Part shown: positions 26,597 to 41,808 of the stretch, in pieces
Numbering within the stretch: position 1 is the first letter of the stretch
How the letters are laid out: every line of letters begins with the position of its first letter
Assembly (NCBI GenBank): GCA_044892525.1
Contig: CM097885.1
Location: 51,214,001-51,278,000, forward strand
Direction of reading: 5' to 3'
DNA length: 64,000 nucleotides
Source of the DNA: Schmidtea polychroa
Lineage: Eukaryota
Made by a program: the position numbers and the translations under genes
Notes under the pieces: generated by a model
Told to the model about the DNA's origin: nothing
The model's database searches: none
Seen by the model: only the letters and a program-made list of their open reading frames with translations

Positions 26597-29500
26597 ATGT
26601 GATATATTAAAAAATAAAAACGTCTTTTTTTAATTTTTAAATATTTTAATTTGTTAAAATTTATTATTATTTATAATTTATTTATAATTTTAAAAGTTTG
26701 AATATTTACATTAATTGAAAGAAAGATTTAATTAATAATTTAATTTTAATTTAATTTAGCAAATATAACTAAATATCATAATTTCTTCGTTTTCAATGAA
26801 ATTGTATATAAGCTTATACATTCAGAATAATTATTCGAAATTATCATTATAAATATTAATTTATAATAAATAATTCTATTTGTTTTCTGAAACTGGAAAT
26901 AAAAATAATTCGCTAAAAGTTGATTATTCCGAGTTCCTGGAACAATATTTCGGCCATCAATAGCTCATTTTGAGGGTTTCTCTCAGAGTACCTGTATGTT
27001 TTTGTGACGATACAAGGTATTGAAAGGGTACAGCAAGGATCATTTTGAATGGTTTGATAGACGGTCGACTCGAAATTTATATAACCACGAGTGCAAACAA
27101 GAACTATTGACTTAATGTGAATTGAAGATGTTATTAATAGTTTTAATAATGAGTTCAATATTTGAAATATATTTTAAGAAAACAATTGGAAACAAAATAA
27201 TTGTTATATCTTTTTAAGAACAAAATAAACCAGATGTATTTGTCCAGGTAGTACTGTGCTTTTGAATCATTTGGATATAGTAGATATACCGCGATGGTTG
27301 AAGCTCCTTCAGTGAGACTATTAGAAAGAATGAAAAATTTAGAAACTAGATTTGAATCGACATATGAAATTCTGATAAAAATTCGTAAGAAATTATATGA
27401 AGATATTCAGTATTTCAATAGAAACCTTGCTAATTGGTTCGATCAAAATTTAAAAAGGTGTGTTGTATATGTACTACATGCATGTTTTCTTGTAATGTTT
27501 ACATTTTTCACATAGTTCAATTAATTTTATTAAGTTTTTTAATGTAACAATTTATATATGAAATTTCATTTTCTATAAATTGGTTTGATCTGCAATTGAA
27601 AATGTTTGCAATAATTTATCACTTTGTTGCAGTTTGATAAAATATGTATTAATTTGATGCCACTCACTTCATTATTTAATAACTTTGTTCCAATTTAGTG
27701 AAATCATTTTGATATAATTTGGTTCGATATCTTATTTCTTTGTTGAAATATTTTTATTATTTTGTTACAACTTAATAATTAACCAATAACTTTGTTGAAA
27801 TTTACTGAAAGATGTCATTACTTTATTGTAATTTGATAAAAGATTTCACCATTTAATTACAAGTTATTGTAATATTTTGTTATTGATTGCAATTTGGTTC
27901 GATCAATTTATTTCAACTTAATGAAAAACATTGTTGTGATTTAATGAAAGATTTCAAAATTTTGTTGTAATTTATTGCACTATTTTTATTAATTTGTTGC
28001 AATTCACTTACACAATTTTATTACTTTCTTGCAATTTGGTAAAATAATTTATTAAAATCATTCATTAATTCAATATGACGATAAATTTTATCGGATAAAT
28101 GACCGATGTAAGTATTTTTATATTGACTATTTATTGAAATTAACTTTCAAAATTAAAAAAATATTTCGAAAAATAATTAATTTTTAGTAAATATATTAAA
28201 TTTTGTAAAATCTTTTTAAAATTATTTAAATCTTTAAATTATTCACTAGATTATTTTATGCTAAAAGTAAATCAACTTTTAATGATATCTAAATTAACTT
28301 TTAATGTAAATTTTTAAATAATTTTTAAGTAATAAACTTTTATATTCATAATTTTTAATATGTAATCAAAGGCAATTGAAGAAAATTTTAAATGCAAGTA
28401 ATTGTTTAATTGTTTAACCATTATTTTAACATAACTTTTTAATCTAATAAAATTATCTTAATTTTATAAATAAATTTTAACAGATAAGAAATTATTTTAA
28501 AATTTATTTTAAAAATTATTTTGAATTTAATTTTAGAAAATGCACCGAAGAATATTGTTCACAATTTATAAAAATCAAATTTAAAGTTAATTTTATGACA
28601 AAATTTAAATTAATATAAATTAATCGATTTAATTTTACAAAATCTGTAGTGTAACTAAATTTTAAGTACTAAACTTTAATTTTATTGAATTTATAATTTA
28701 CATAATTTTAAAAATTATCCTTAATGAAATTTAATTTTAGATAAATTTATTTATGATGACGAACAGCCACAGAAGAACTGATTTGTATTATTTTTACCTG
28801 CATTATTGATGCATTAGGCTCAATGTTACTTATGATTTAATACTTAAACATGTAATTGATCAAATTAAAACAGGTCTGCTTGAAGGTGCTATGAGCAATA
28901 TGATGCACTCTGCTAAAATATGATATTACTATGATTTTACTAGACTTCTGCGATTAATCAAAATTATTCAAGTGTAAATAAAATTTAATTATAAATATTT
29001 CAACTTTTAAATCAGAGTTCTTTTTAGGTATTAATGTAATTATAGAAATGTTTTTAACCTATTTTACACACCGTAAAATTCATATTTATAATTTAGAAAA
29101 TGTAAACATTCAGAATGGATCAGAGCAGATTGTTCACAAAATTCACCTCAACTAAATGTCAGAAAAGGGGAAAACTATTTATTATACCGCGTCAGATATA
29201 GTAATATACAATTATAACTTTGTATAGTCGGAAAAATAAAACCTCGATGTATAATTCCATCACGAATAACGACAGAAAATTCAAATGACTTTAATTGCAA
29301 TAAAATATGAATTGAGCAGATATTTTCATACTTCTTGGTTGTAATTGAAGTATAAATTGTTTGCTTCTTGTAAATAATTTTCTAATTATGGTAACAAAAG
29401 GCTTTTTAACATTTTAAGTAGTGTTATTGTTGTTGCTATTGCCGTGGTTCATGGTCGTTGTTGGGATATGATATGAAACAACGTGACAATATTTGCTATG

Positions 29501-31100
29501 TTTGTACACGTACGTAGTTACGATATGTTGGTAGCCTGACATTACAGAACCTCATCTATACGTGTCATTATTCGAAGTTATATTTTGAAACTGAAATATA
29601 TTACACAATTTTCACTACATTCAAAATTGATTACCGACAGTAGTAGGACCTTATGGGGTTGATGTTAAAAAGAAATTTAGAATATAAAAGTATTATAAAG
29701 TTTATTCATGTATTTTATGAATGGTCGAAAACAGTGAGCAAGATATGGTAAAGAAAGCGGAAGGTATCATTTACATAACAGAGCATACTTAGAAGATATA
29801 AATAATTGATTCTATCGAAAATTTAATAAACCAAACAATAGTGACTTGTTGAATAAATATATTTTTAACGTAAAATAATAAAAAGTAATTTTATGAGTCA
29901 TTCATTTTTATTCGCATTCAAAGAAAGAGATATTAAAGTTTTTATTAAATTTTTTTAATAATTTTTGTTTATATATATATATCGAAACTAATGAGCAGAC
30001 AACTCAGAGGCCATATAAAGTGAATCAGGGCTAAATTTTATTTGAAAACAAAGCAGAAATTGAATATAAAAATAATTATTGGTTATGCTAATTAAATATC
30101 CGAAAAATAAGGCCCTAGGCATAGCTTTTATGAAACAAAGTATCTCATTATTTTGATTTTGTTAATTATCTAAAATGGTTTCTTCCGACTTAAGAAAAAT
30201 TAAATAAGTATGATTTAATATATAAAAACTCTAGAATGAATATGAAAAACTAAAAAAAAATAAATATGATTATAAAAATTCTAAATAAATATAATTATTT
30301 ATCTTATTCTGCCTTTTTGGTTTGTTTTCACTTAATATAATTTCTACAGTAAATGTTCTCTATTTAACAAAGATTTTCATCGCAGCTTTTTGTAGATGTT
30401 ATTTGATAAGCCAGTTTAATATAAATCATTGATTTATAATCAAAAACTAATTGAAGATAAATGAAATAGTATTTTTTAACATTTTCAATTCCTTTTTATT
30501 AAGACAATTATAATAATTAAATTTTTTTTATTTTGGTAATGTAATATTATCTCTTTTTTTTAACATTTTTTGTTTCCGATTTGTCGAACATCAAAGAAAT
30601 CTCTAAAAGACATTCTAAAAATACTATAAACCATTTTCTCAGCGAAGTTTGAATATTTGTAAATTCGATGGATGTTTTTAGTAATGATTTAATGGATATC
30701 ACATAAATATATTAACTTGTTTTAATAAATGTTAAAATTATTTTAAAAGCATCTTTAAAAAATTTTTAGTCAGTCATCAAAATGTTATTAATTAAATAAA
30801 TGTTATTTCTAAAATTCAACGTTTTATTTAAAATGTAAAAATAATAAAATAGTTAATAATATGTTTTAATACGAGAATTAACAGATGAAAATTTGAAAGG
30901 CAATTAAATTGTGGTAATGCAGAAAATTGTAGCAACAGAAAAGGTTTAGACAAAGTTTACATTTACGTAGTTTAATATACAAGTGAGTAATTTATACATT
31001 TATCCTTTTGGAGTTTTTAAATGCAAATATATCTAGCAATAAATAAAAGGTTTGAAATATAATTTGTTTTTATTTATAGATATGGAATATTTATGTAATA

Positions 31101-31999
31101 CTTTTAATGCATTATTTTTAATTTTATTTACTTTAATCTGAATTATAACAATGCCATGCGATCTGTTCGTTATTATAAACTCAGTACCACAAAGGCAGAA
31201 ACTTTGGTTACTAAAACTAAACTGAATAATATTTTTAATTTCATGTTTGTTTGCACTTTAACTAAGCCAAGAAATAAGGTGCTCAAGATTAAAATTTATT
31301 ATTAATTATATTTTTGTTCAGCCAAAGCAATACGACGACTTTGTCGTTGGTATAAATGTTGAAGGAAGTGATGGATTTTGCTTTGAATGGATTTCAACAT
31401 TCAATATCATTTTACAAAAGGAGATATCAACATGTTACATAATGGTCAGTTATTTTAATTTATATAGACTCTGGATTATTAATCTTTGTTCATAAAAATA
31501 ATTATAATATTTTCTGATTTAGTGAAAGAATTTCTATAAAATAGAATTTTATTTAAGATTATTCAGATTAATTATTAATAATTTATTCTCTATTAATAAA
31601 AATAAAATAAAAATAATTACTTAAATCTAAATATTCAAAATTAGATTGACTGGTTTTATTAATAATATAATCATTTTTTTAATTAAAAATAATTATATAT
31701 AAACATTTAATTCTCCTAATGAAATTTCTCAAAATCGAGACCTGGTTGAATTTATGATTCTAAATTTTACCCATTATAAGTTAGTGTCCAATTTATAGAA
31801 CACCGAGTATTTTATTTTTTTCAACCCTTAACATTGGTTCAAATTAAATGAAAAATTTACTATATATATTAACTAAATCATAATTATTGTTATATTACCA
31901 ATACATTTTTAATAAAAAAATTTAAGCATTGTATAAATTTTCATACTTTGTTTCGAATTATAACTCAATCATAAAAACTCCAAATCGTCACTTTTTTAT
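31101..31999 (+). repeat. ~0.9-kb direct duplication, copy 2
   Basis: Matches 22698-23614 with few substitutions and small deletions. Confidence 0.95.
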
Positions 32000-33772
32000 C
32001 TTCTAATATGTTATTCCTAGTGAGGAATGATTATTCAAGATTGTTGTACTTTGTTTATGTATTTTTAACAAAAACTCGTATCGGTTACAAGTTTTATGTA
32101 GCTGTCCTATAAATAGGATACTGGTACTTATCGTTATTAAAATTAAATAGTTAATTTATTATGAAATTTAATATAAATGCAAAATATGATTTTTATATTT
32201 TCTGAAATGTTTAATAAATTAAATCCAATTATATCGCATTTATATACTCAATATTGTATATTGAATAAATGTGTTTGAATTCTGGAACGAATTATTTGTA
32301 TTTACAATATTTTTCATATTTATTTATTACGGTTTGCATGAAGTTTTATATTTTATCATATTTGAAAGAAATTAATTCAAATTCTTTTTTCTTTTTGTTC
32401 TTCCTACATATTTTTAGCCTTCTTAGATGTATCAAAAGGCGTTATCATTTAAAGAATTAGACGATATTATAAATGATCCTAATTTTATGTACACTGAAGA
32501 GATTGATGTAGTAGTGTTTCCACTGGAACATGATTCTTTAACATATGAAGATGAGACTGATGATGACTTACTATCGGAATTTTAAGATTACGACGTGCCG
32601 GAGAATTTGTAATAGAATTCAGATCATCAAAACATAAACAATATCGTCCGAAATTGATATTTCTGTTAATAAGCCTGGGCCTTCAAATAGTCTGAAGAGA
32701 AACAACGACAATGTAAAAATGAAAAGAAGACGTTATCTCACAGAAGAAGAATATTAATGGAAAACGGTTTTTCCAATTTATACAAAACTTCCACCCGAAG
32801 GAACAATATATATAACAAACCATAAAAATTTAATAACTGAACCTTCCGGAAAAACTGCTATTGAAATTTTCGAAGAATATGTTAACAATGATTTATTGGA
32901 ACACATTGTGAAGGAATCAATAAGATACGCGAACAGTAAAAACGATCCCGGTTTTTCATTTTCTGTTGATGATTCCAAAACATTTGTTGTTATTCTTTTA
33001 TTCTCTAGATATCATCAATTACCCTCTGGGCATTATTGGAGTGAGCAAGAAGATCTTGGTATAGATATTATAAAGATTTGTATGTCCAAAAATCTGTATT
33101 TGAAATTTCAAATATTTATACATTTTACTGATAATCCACGTGTAAATAAAGATGACAAAGAATTTAAAGTAAAACCTCTACTTAATATGATAAATAGTGA
33201 ATTCAAAATATAAGGAATTTTTTAAAAAGAATTTTCAATTGATGATGTTTTCAATACTTTTATATACATATTGTTTCAACCGATTTTGCTATTGTTTTTT
33301 ATCGCGTCTGTGCGCGGTATTGTTAGACTTGTTTTCGTGTTGGTGCGCGCACACAGACAAGAAGAATTGGTACGTTTTATTTCTATTGGGAATGTAAATT
33401 GATTTTTTGTGGATTGTAGATTTTTTCGAGTTTTGGTTGTTGTTTAAAAGAGGGTTTTTTGAAAGGAATTTTGAAATTGTAGTTTTCTAGAAAAGATAAA
33501 GTTCCTTTGTTAAAATGGCTTCAGGTGTTAAATGTAGTGCTTCAGTTAAAGAATATCTTAATTACATTAAATTACAACACAGATTTCAATATGCAATCTT
33601 GTCATTCCGATAGCACTAAGCCCCTGCGTCCTATTTATAGGACAGGCCAAAATTTAAAAATGTGAGGATAGAAAAAAATTTGAAAAAATTTTTTTATTCA
33701 GGGTAAGGTTACATAGAAATCTGAATAAGTGAAATTTTGAAATTTGAAAAATCAAATTTTGACGTTAATGGA
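31770..33772 (+). mobile_element. Degenerate piggyBac element with transposase remnant
   Basis: CCCATTA left end, TAATGGA|TTAA right end, GTCCTAT(A/T)(A/T)ATAGGA subterminal palindromes (~32104, ~33628). PGBD-like peptide IVKESIRYA...HYWSEQEDLG...IHFTDN...KVKPL (32896-33213). Confidence 0.82.
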
Positions 33773-33871
33773 TTAATAAACTACCAATTGTAATTATTGC
33801 ATTTAACTTTTAAAAAAATCTTAATTATTAATAATTATTTTAAAGTTATTTTATTTTAAAAAGAATTACCC

Positions 33872-33875
<4 letters not shown>

Positions 33876-33920
<45 letters not shown>

Positions 33921-33925
33921 TATAT
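33876..33925. repeat. (TA)n microsatellite
   Basis: TA run with one interruption. Confidence 0.95.
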
Positions 33926-35732
33926 TTGAAATTTTTATTTTTAAAATGAAGAAATTCTGAAATGGCCGCTGGTTGTAATCCTTTCGCCATTCATTTTAGC
34001 TGTGATGATTTAATTTAGGGTATCATACTATTTGTGTTGTGTAAAATCTATTTCCCTTATAATTAATTTTTGCCTCCTGTATATTCATCAATTTTACTCA
34101 ACTGACGACTCATTGGGTTTACTACTATTCTTTGGTTGATTACTTTACCTGTCTTCTACGATGGTGGTCTGAAAAGTTCTTGACATAATCATGGATAAAA
34201 TACATAATTTTAAAGTAATTTTTGTTTTTCAACTTTATTAAGACTTTACTTTATTTTAGACTTTACTCTTTAGACTAATACATTATCCTTAGCAATGCTC
34301 TGGTTTCATTCTCCTGAATTTTATATGGTGTTAAACACTTTTTTACAAAGAAATTCTAATCTATTTCAAGTAAAAGAGACAATATTACTAATTAGAGACA
34401 ATTGTAGAAAAAAAATTACTTGCAATTTCATATGTATGCTTATGACAAATTTAACGGTTTGATGTATAAACATACTATTTGTATCAATTTAGGTATTAAA
34501 TTTTGATGGAGAAATCTGAATTTTAAAATTTGAGATGATGGGAAATGAATAAAGAAAACATGCAACTCGCTGTATTTACAAACCCCAGTAATAGTGGTAG
34601 CTATAAAAAATCAAGGTATGATAAATATTTGTGATGTGTTAATGTTTGGTTATTCCATCATTGCATGAATTTATTATTTTTAAAACGAAAACACAAATTT
34701 TTAAGTGCATTTTATTCAGCACATGAGAGAAAAAATAATTTCGTAAAATAATTAGTTTCAGATTTTAGTTATGTAATTAATTACATAACAACATGAAACG
34801 GTTGCTTGTACTTTTATAACGGGTATTATCAAACGGTCTCTATTTTTAATTAAACGATCTCTTATGAAAAATGGTCACTATAATTAATTTAATAAATAAT
34901 AAATGTCTCTAAATAAAATTAATTTGAATATATTTTTGGGTTCTTAAAATTGTTACATAATATTTTTCAAAGCATAAAGGATAAAAATACATTAGAAAAA
35001 TAAGATAAGATTAAAAAATGCATTTAAATTTAGGTAGTCTACCTCTTGGACTTTTTGCTTGCTGACTCGAATCAATCTCTATCGCTCTAAGTTGACACCT
35101 TTCTTGCTTTTGTTGGACGAATACGACTTCATTTCTGTCCAATATGTACGGATTTAGCCTCGTTTGGTATCGAGCTTATTGCACACCTCCATGTCTTTTA
35201 AAAAAGTGTGGAAATGTACTTTGCTTTTATTTTCCAATTTGTTTCGTTGATTCAATCTGGAAAATTTATACACTAAGTTGAAAAGCAAATACTATGATAA
35301 TCTTCAAGACTTTAAATTAAGTTATTTTATATCATCACAATAATTTCTAATAATTCTAGTCGAAACAATCTCAGTTAGTTGACCACTGTCTGTGTAATAT
35401 TTTTTTATGTGATCTCTTTGTTTCGTACATCGTTCGGACGTAAGCCAAGCTTTAGTAAACTCCAAAATAAAAATGAATGGTTCTTTTCATATGATTTTTG
35501 GATTGTTGAGTGATTTTTGATCTCTTTTTGTAGACCAAGGTTTTACTAAATTATTTGACTAAAGTTTGAAAGAGATAAATGCGGTCAAACTGTATTCTCC
35601 TTTTTAATCGTTGCATTGATAACGTGTAATTTGTTATTTGTACTTGGGTTAAACGGTAAATAATTTTCGTACCATCCATTTTTTAGTAAAGACTGACTTA
35701 AAACCATTTGTGATTACATCACCTGTATGATA

Positions 35733-35790
35733 CAGGGCCAGAATTAGATCTGATAAGTCCCTAGGCTATTTGAAATATGGGGCCCTTTAT
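35733..35790. mobile_element. Isolated hAT-like terminus
   Basis: CAGGGCC...CCCTAGGC...GGGGCCC; no partner end seen. Confidence 0.45.
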
Positions 35791-35980
35791 AAGACCAGAT
35801 ATCATATCTCAGCTCCAAATATGATTTTCGGATACCTAGAGGGATAAACTGAATAATAAGTATAGATAGTGAAATAATAAATCTTTAATTTAAGGCTGTT
35901 TCAAAAAGAAATTATTCATTACCGATTTGTATTAATTGTTGATTTGTTTCTTTCAGATCAATTTGAATTGAATTAAAAAT

Positions 35981-36430
35981 TTATTGATAATCGAATTCGT
36001 TGTCGGAGTTGCATACAAATAATGCAAATTCCTGTAAAACATTGTCAAAATCACTCATTCCCCAAATAGGCACAGGAAAATTGTTCCATATTAACTTATA
36101 CGTACTAACGGTTTGTATAGTACATTCAGAGGTTCCATTGAATAACAGTCGTCGAGTTGATATAAACAAACAAAACGATTCATGTTCGATATGTATTATG
36201 TTTATAGGCTCATTTGGATGTATATGTTGGTTGCCTTTCCTCTATCTTTATTTGATAACTCACAAGTAATGGCACGTCTAATTCAGTAGATATTTTAGAG
36301 TCTTGTTGAAAAAGTTGAATCAACTTTCCAAAGTTAAGAAATCTGTCAAATGTCTTGCGTATTTGCTGTAAAAATTGTAGAACTGTCTTTCAGTTGGTAT
36401 GTTAATATTCTGATTGTTTACTATCTCATT
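35981..36430 (-). pseudogene. Probable MULE transposase fragment
   Basis: FCLFISTRRLL...STYKLIWNNFPVPIWGMSD resembles the MULE D(A/G)TYKL.W..FPV..G..D segment, with the catalytic Asp lost. Confidence 0.6.
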
Positions 36431-37191
36431 CGTAAGGTTTTCAAGCATATTTAACACCAAGTTTGAATTGATTTTGGGTCAGTTCTTTGATTGCTTTTTT
36501 AATGGAAACTTTATGCAGTTTGGCTTTAATAGAAATTGACGAACTACATTGTGTTCTAATTGTTTTAACAAAATTGCAGCGAAAGACTTCTTTTTGTCCT
36601 GTAATATTTTGTTTTTTTTCTTTTGATAATTTATTTAATATCCTCATATATTTATTATGTAATTTTGATAATATAGATTTTACACTTATTTTTAAACTGC
36701 ATTTATTGTATTTAACATGCATAAATGTTGATTTTAATAATTGATTTTTATTGCGGTATGGATCAGAATTCACATTTAAACTTCGATCCCAACTGTTACT
36801 AAATATGGTACCAATTCCTTCTGAATTTTATTTGCATTACAATTAGTTTCATGTACCATACTAAATATATAAATAGAGTTAGTTCTCACTTTAAAACAAA
36901 AAGTCTCATTGCACAAATGCTTTTCATAAAATAAAAGAAAATTAAATGTTAATATATTTTTATGTTGGTTTAGTTTTTCTAATATTAAAATTAATTGGAA
37001 TATTTTTAAATAAAAAAATGCAGCAATTTTGAAATTATTTTTTACAATTGATTAAAATCTTCTAAATTTTACCTTTTGATCCTTTATTAGCAATTTCGTT
37101 AATTTTGTTAAATTCTGCGATAATAATAGATATTATTCTATTTGAACAAATTAAAGATAGGTCAATTAAAATTTCTATTATTAATTAATAC

Positions 37192-37366
<175 letters not shown>

Positions 37367-38920
37367 TAATTAATTAATTGAGATTAATAAAACCTTTTAG
37401 TAAATAAATCTCACCTAAATTTTTGATTATATAATTTTTTAGAATTAATAAATTTAAGTAAATATTGATGAGTAAATGTTTTATTTATTACAGCAACATA
37501 AGTTGATTAAATAAAATCTGACTATAACAATAATATTAAGTTAAAAGTATATAAAGGAAATTGCTTCTAGCTTAGTTGAGGTAATGTTCTAAAAAATTAT
37601 TTTACTGAATAAATTTGTAAATAATTTGTTTTATTTGCTTTTTTTGTTACGTAATTGTTGCAGTAAGCTAGACTTATTTTTTCTGGGATTTTCAATACAA
37701 ATAAAGGGTCATTTGTGGGTAATAGTAATTTAATAAGTCATTTAATAATAGTCATTTTATAAAATAGTCATTTGTGGATGAAACACTTTATCAGAATAAA
37801 TGTCTATCAATAATGCGTTATTAAAATATTTTTATTCGTTAGTAACTCATATATTAGAAATAATTTAAATTATATATCCTCACTTATATCACATGATTCT
37901 CAATATTCCATTAATTTATAACTTATACTCCCCCCCCCCCCCGATTGTTGATTTCCCACTAATTAATATTTAATCACTTATATTCACCGATATTCCACTA
38001 ATTATTATCACTTTTATCCTCCCAACAAATATTTCTTTTAAAGTTGTACTAAATATTTTTATTAAAGTGATAATATTTATAAAATAATTTTAATTAATTC
38101 AATTAATATACATCCTTTCTTATCCACCTTCATCTTATATATGCCAATTCTCAGTATATTTTCATTTACTTCTGTAGTAGCATTAATGAATAATTCTAAC
38201 ACTTATTTTCACCCTTTTGAACTTATTAATTAATTTAAATGAATAATTTCCTCATTTTAATGAAGATTCTTACCACCTGAGAATAATATTGGTAATTTTA
38301 TCAAAGTTTATGAAAAACTAATTCTCATTTCATTTTTATCCTACAATTGATTACCGCTTTAGAATAATATTTTTTATCAAAATTTGTGATAATTTGGGAT
38401 TAATTTTTGATGACTTTTTAATGATATTGAATTTGACTAAATAATATTTTCAATAATTATATTTTCTTAGTGTATTTCCATTTACACATTGATGAAATTA
38501 AATATTAAAAATCATAAGCTAAGAAACCAGTTAACTTTATCAAGGATTGATATTTGAAATCTATTTGAAAATTATTGTAGGATAGACTGAAATTTGTTAT
38601 TTAGTTTCCTATAATTGCTTGAAAATGATTGGCTGAATCGCTGAAGAATTATGATCAATCAATATATAGCATCTCTAGTTAGGTATTTGATAGTAAATGG
38701 GTGAAATATTTGTTGAAAATATTGATTTTAGTGAATTTTGATCTTTTAGTGAGCTAAATTATTTCATAGAGGTATGTTGGGTGGTGATAAGGGTTAAGGA
38801 AAATTCCTATTTTTGAAGTAATTAAATCGGTTGAATATCGGTAAAGTATGACCATTTGAAGAATATAGAGATTTTATTAAATAAATAAATTTAATCTTTC
38901 AATGGGACCTAGTCAGTTAA

Positions 38921-39164
38921 CCCTACACTGCATGACTTTGTATATTTGATATTTGTGCACTTTCACTTAAACTGTAAGACGTTTTAAAAATTGATTTGGT
39001 AATACAAAACTATTGAGAATTACATTACGGTTTTTTTGTATTATATTGCAAATATAGCCAATACAATGTAATATGAGAGAACATTTACCGAGAACAAGAG
39101 CGAGACAGTTTTTATTCTAATAAGATAATTGTGTATCACCAGTGATACAATATGCAATGTGGGG
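38921..39164. mobile_element. piggyBac-type MITE
   Basis: TTAA|CCCTACACTGCAT ... ATGCAATGTGGGG|TTAA (11 of 13), subterminal palindrome GTATCACCAGTGATAC. Confidence 0.82.
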
Positions 39165-41140
39165 TTAAAAGGGAATTGTACAGTAATATTTATTTTAAAT
39201 TTTGAATGATTTAGAACAAAAATTTAATTATAACTGGTTATATCAATATATTTTATAAATTGTTTAGAGTTAATGATTTTAGAAGATTTTAATGAAATAT
39301 CTGTGATTATAGGAATTAAAGATATAGTTATAGTCATTTAAAGGGACTTAAAGGAATCATATTAGTCTGAGGGGAATATATAATCTTTTACAGGGAAATT
39401 TGATTTTTTTAGATGATTTAATTTGAGAATTCACTAGGATATAACAAATGAGAGAATATTGTCATTTAAATGAATTTACTGGTTTATTAGATGTTATCTT
39501 ATATCGGTCTCTTTTGGAATTTAATGATAATTATTTTTAGTGTAGATTGACGACTTTGATAATTGTAATGAATTTATACTGAATTTTCTGAATATTTTGA
39601 GCAATCAGTCAATTAATTTAAGTACATGTATTAATTTTTAAAAAAATAATTAAAATTAATTTATTTCAATTAATTTATTCAATCTAAATCAATTATCTAC
39701 TACTAGATCTTATTTCAAAATTCTTATTAACTTATTATCTTAGTTGATTCAAATTAACCTGAATGATCAGTACATTTTTCTATTTACTGGATGATTAATG
39801 ACTAGAATTTAAAGTTCTTTCTCGTCCATTAATTACATTTTTATGATATTTATTTATTATGTTTTGGTTAATTTAAATTTTTACAATTATTTAATCAATT
39901 TTTATTGATGCCTTGAGTTCAAATTATTTTTCATTCAATGTTTTCAAGTGAAGAGGATTTTCTTTTAAAGATCTATTTGTTAGTACATAGTTGTAGGTAT
40001 TTGTTAGAGTTTAGTTGTAGATGATGACAAGAAGAGAGTGTATGTGATGAAGAATATTTTGTATTTAATTGCTATTAATTTTATGTGTTGCTAGTTGATT
40101 GTTGGTACTTGGTTTCTAATTGTAATTACTTGGCTGATAGTGCTTGGTATCTTGTTGTAATTACTTGGTATCTAGTTGTAAATACGTGTTCGTAAGTTAC
40201 TGGCTAATGAAACTAAGTTGTCGGGATCTTGTACTTAGTATTTGGTACGGTGTTGTTAACTAATTGTTGTTATATAGTTGATATTTGTTAATTTTTCAAT
40301 GGTATTTGCTGTTGGTTGTTAGTACATGTTAGCTAGTGAATGGGAAGGTAGGGGTTGAGTGTGACTAATACCCTTACGACCAAAACCCTTACGACATGTT
40401 GAATGTGAGCAGTACCCTTGTAAGCAATACCCACGGGGGTTAAACTATCCTGTCGGATTAACTCAGACTATATATAATAAATTGAATTAACAATAACTAT
40501 TTATTGAATGCAATTTTACTTTGCAATAATAAGTCAGTAGTAATCAATAAAAAGTTAAGCAGATCTTTTGTGAATTAGAATTCTATAGTCTTTCATTGTA
40601 ATTTTAATTAAGTTATTTTCAATTCAACGTAATGTTTTAAAGTGGTTGACAATTATTCATTATTGATTGAAATTAAAAATATTTTTGAACACGAATAAAA
40701 AAATTAATTTTTTTAAAAAGCATTTGATAAAATACAATTAAGAATATTTAGTTTTTTGTTAGTACATGGTATCTAATTGTAAGTATTTGGTACTTATTTG
40801 TAGCAGTTAGTTAAAATATTATTAGCTGGTATTTATCAAATTGTAAGTAGTACCTAGATAGTACCTAGTTTTTAGGTATCTATTGGTTAATTGTTTGTTT
40901 GAAGTACATAGTTGTTAGTATTTGGTTGACTTTTTAGATTTTGACAAGAATATAAGAAATAATCTAATTGTTGAATTAAGAAAAGCTAATTATAAGCAAA
41001 TACTTGATGAAAAATTTTATTAAGTCTTTAATTGTTATTATTTTATGTGTAGGTGTGTGGTGTTAGTACAAGGTTGTTTTTACTTGGTCGTTGTCAGTAC
41101 ATGGTACTTGGTATCTGGTTGTAAGTACTTGGTTTTTGAA

Positions 41141-41157
41141 TTATTATTACTATTATG

Positions 41158-41231
<74 letters not shown>

Positions 41232-41249
41232 TATTATTATTATTATCAT
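41141..41249. repeat. (ATT)n microsatellite internal to the foldback-like family
   Basis: Occupies the same position in the repeat unit as (AAT)n at 49890-49938. Confidence 0.9.
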
Positions 41250-41590
41250 TGAAATTTACATCTAAATTTATATTTAAAAATTATTTCATTTAAATTTGTA
41301 TTTAAATTTGCCTTTGAAAATTATTTCATAAAAATTTTATTTTAAAATTGACTTAAAAAATTATTCCATTAAAATTTCCATTAAAAAATTACATTTCTCA
41401 AAATGTTTGGGGTTATTCAATATTTTGTTAATAAATTTAAAAATATTACTTTAATTTACTTGTTACATTACCTTAAATTACTTATTTAAAAATTATTACT
41501 TTAATTTACTTATTTAACTTTAATTTAAAATTTTAGACCATTTATTACTTAATTAAATATTTGAACCTATTATTTACTCAATTATTCTTA

Positions 41591-41808
41591 CCGTATATAC
41601 TCGCGTATAAGTCGAGTAAATTTTAAGAGGTTTTTAAGTCCTAAATTGGAAACCCGCATATAAGTCGAAGTAACAAAAATAAAAAAAAGGTTTAATGATT
41701 TCATTAAAAATTAATTTGTGCGTTTTTTTACCCGCGTAAAAGTCGAATTGGCTATTTTGACTGGAAAATTTGACGTAAATTTCTCGACTTATACGCGAGT
41801 ATATACGG
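41591..41808. mobile_element. pogo/Tc1-mariner-type MITE
   Basis: Perfect 26-bp TIR CCGTATATACTCGCGTATAAGTCGAG, TA TSD. Confidence 0.94.

Noticed and set aside
27560..28050. Loose TTGTTGCAATTT-like periodic repeats
   Set aside because: Degenerate minisatellite-like low-complexity DNA; no definable unit or function.
35030..35720. Possible LINE fragment on the minus strand
   Set aside because: Coding-like composition but no recognisable RT or endonuclease motif.
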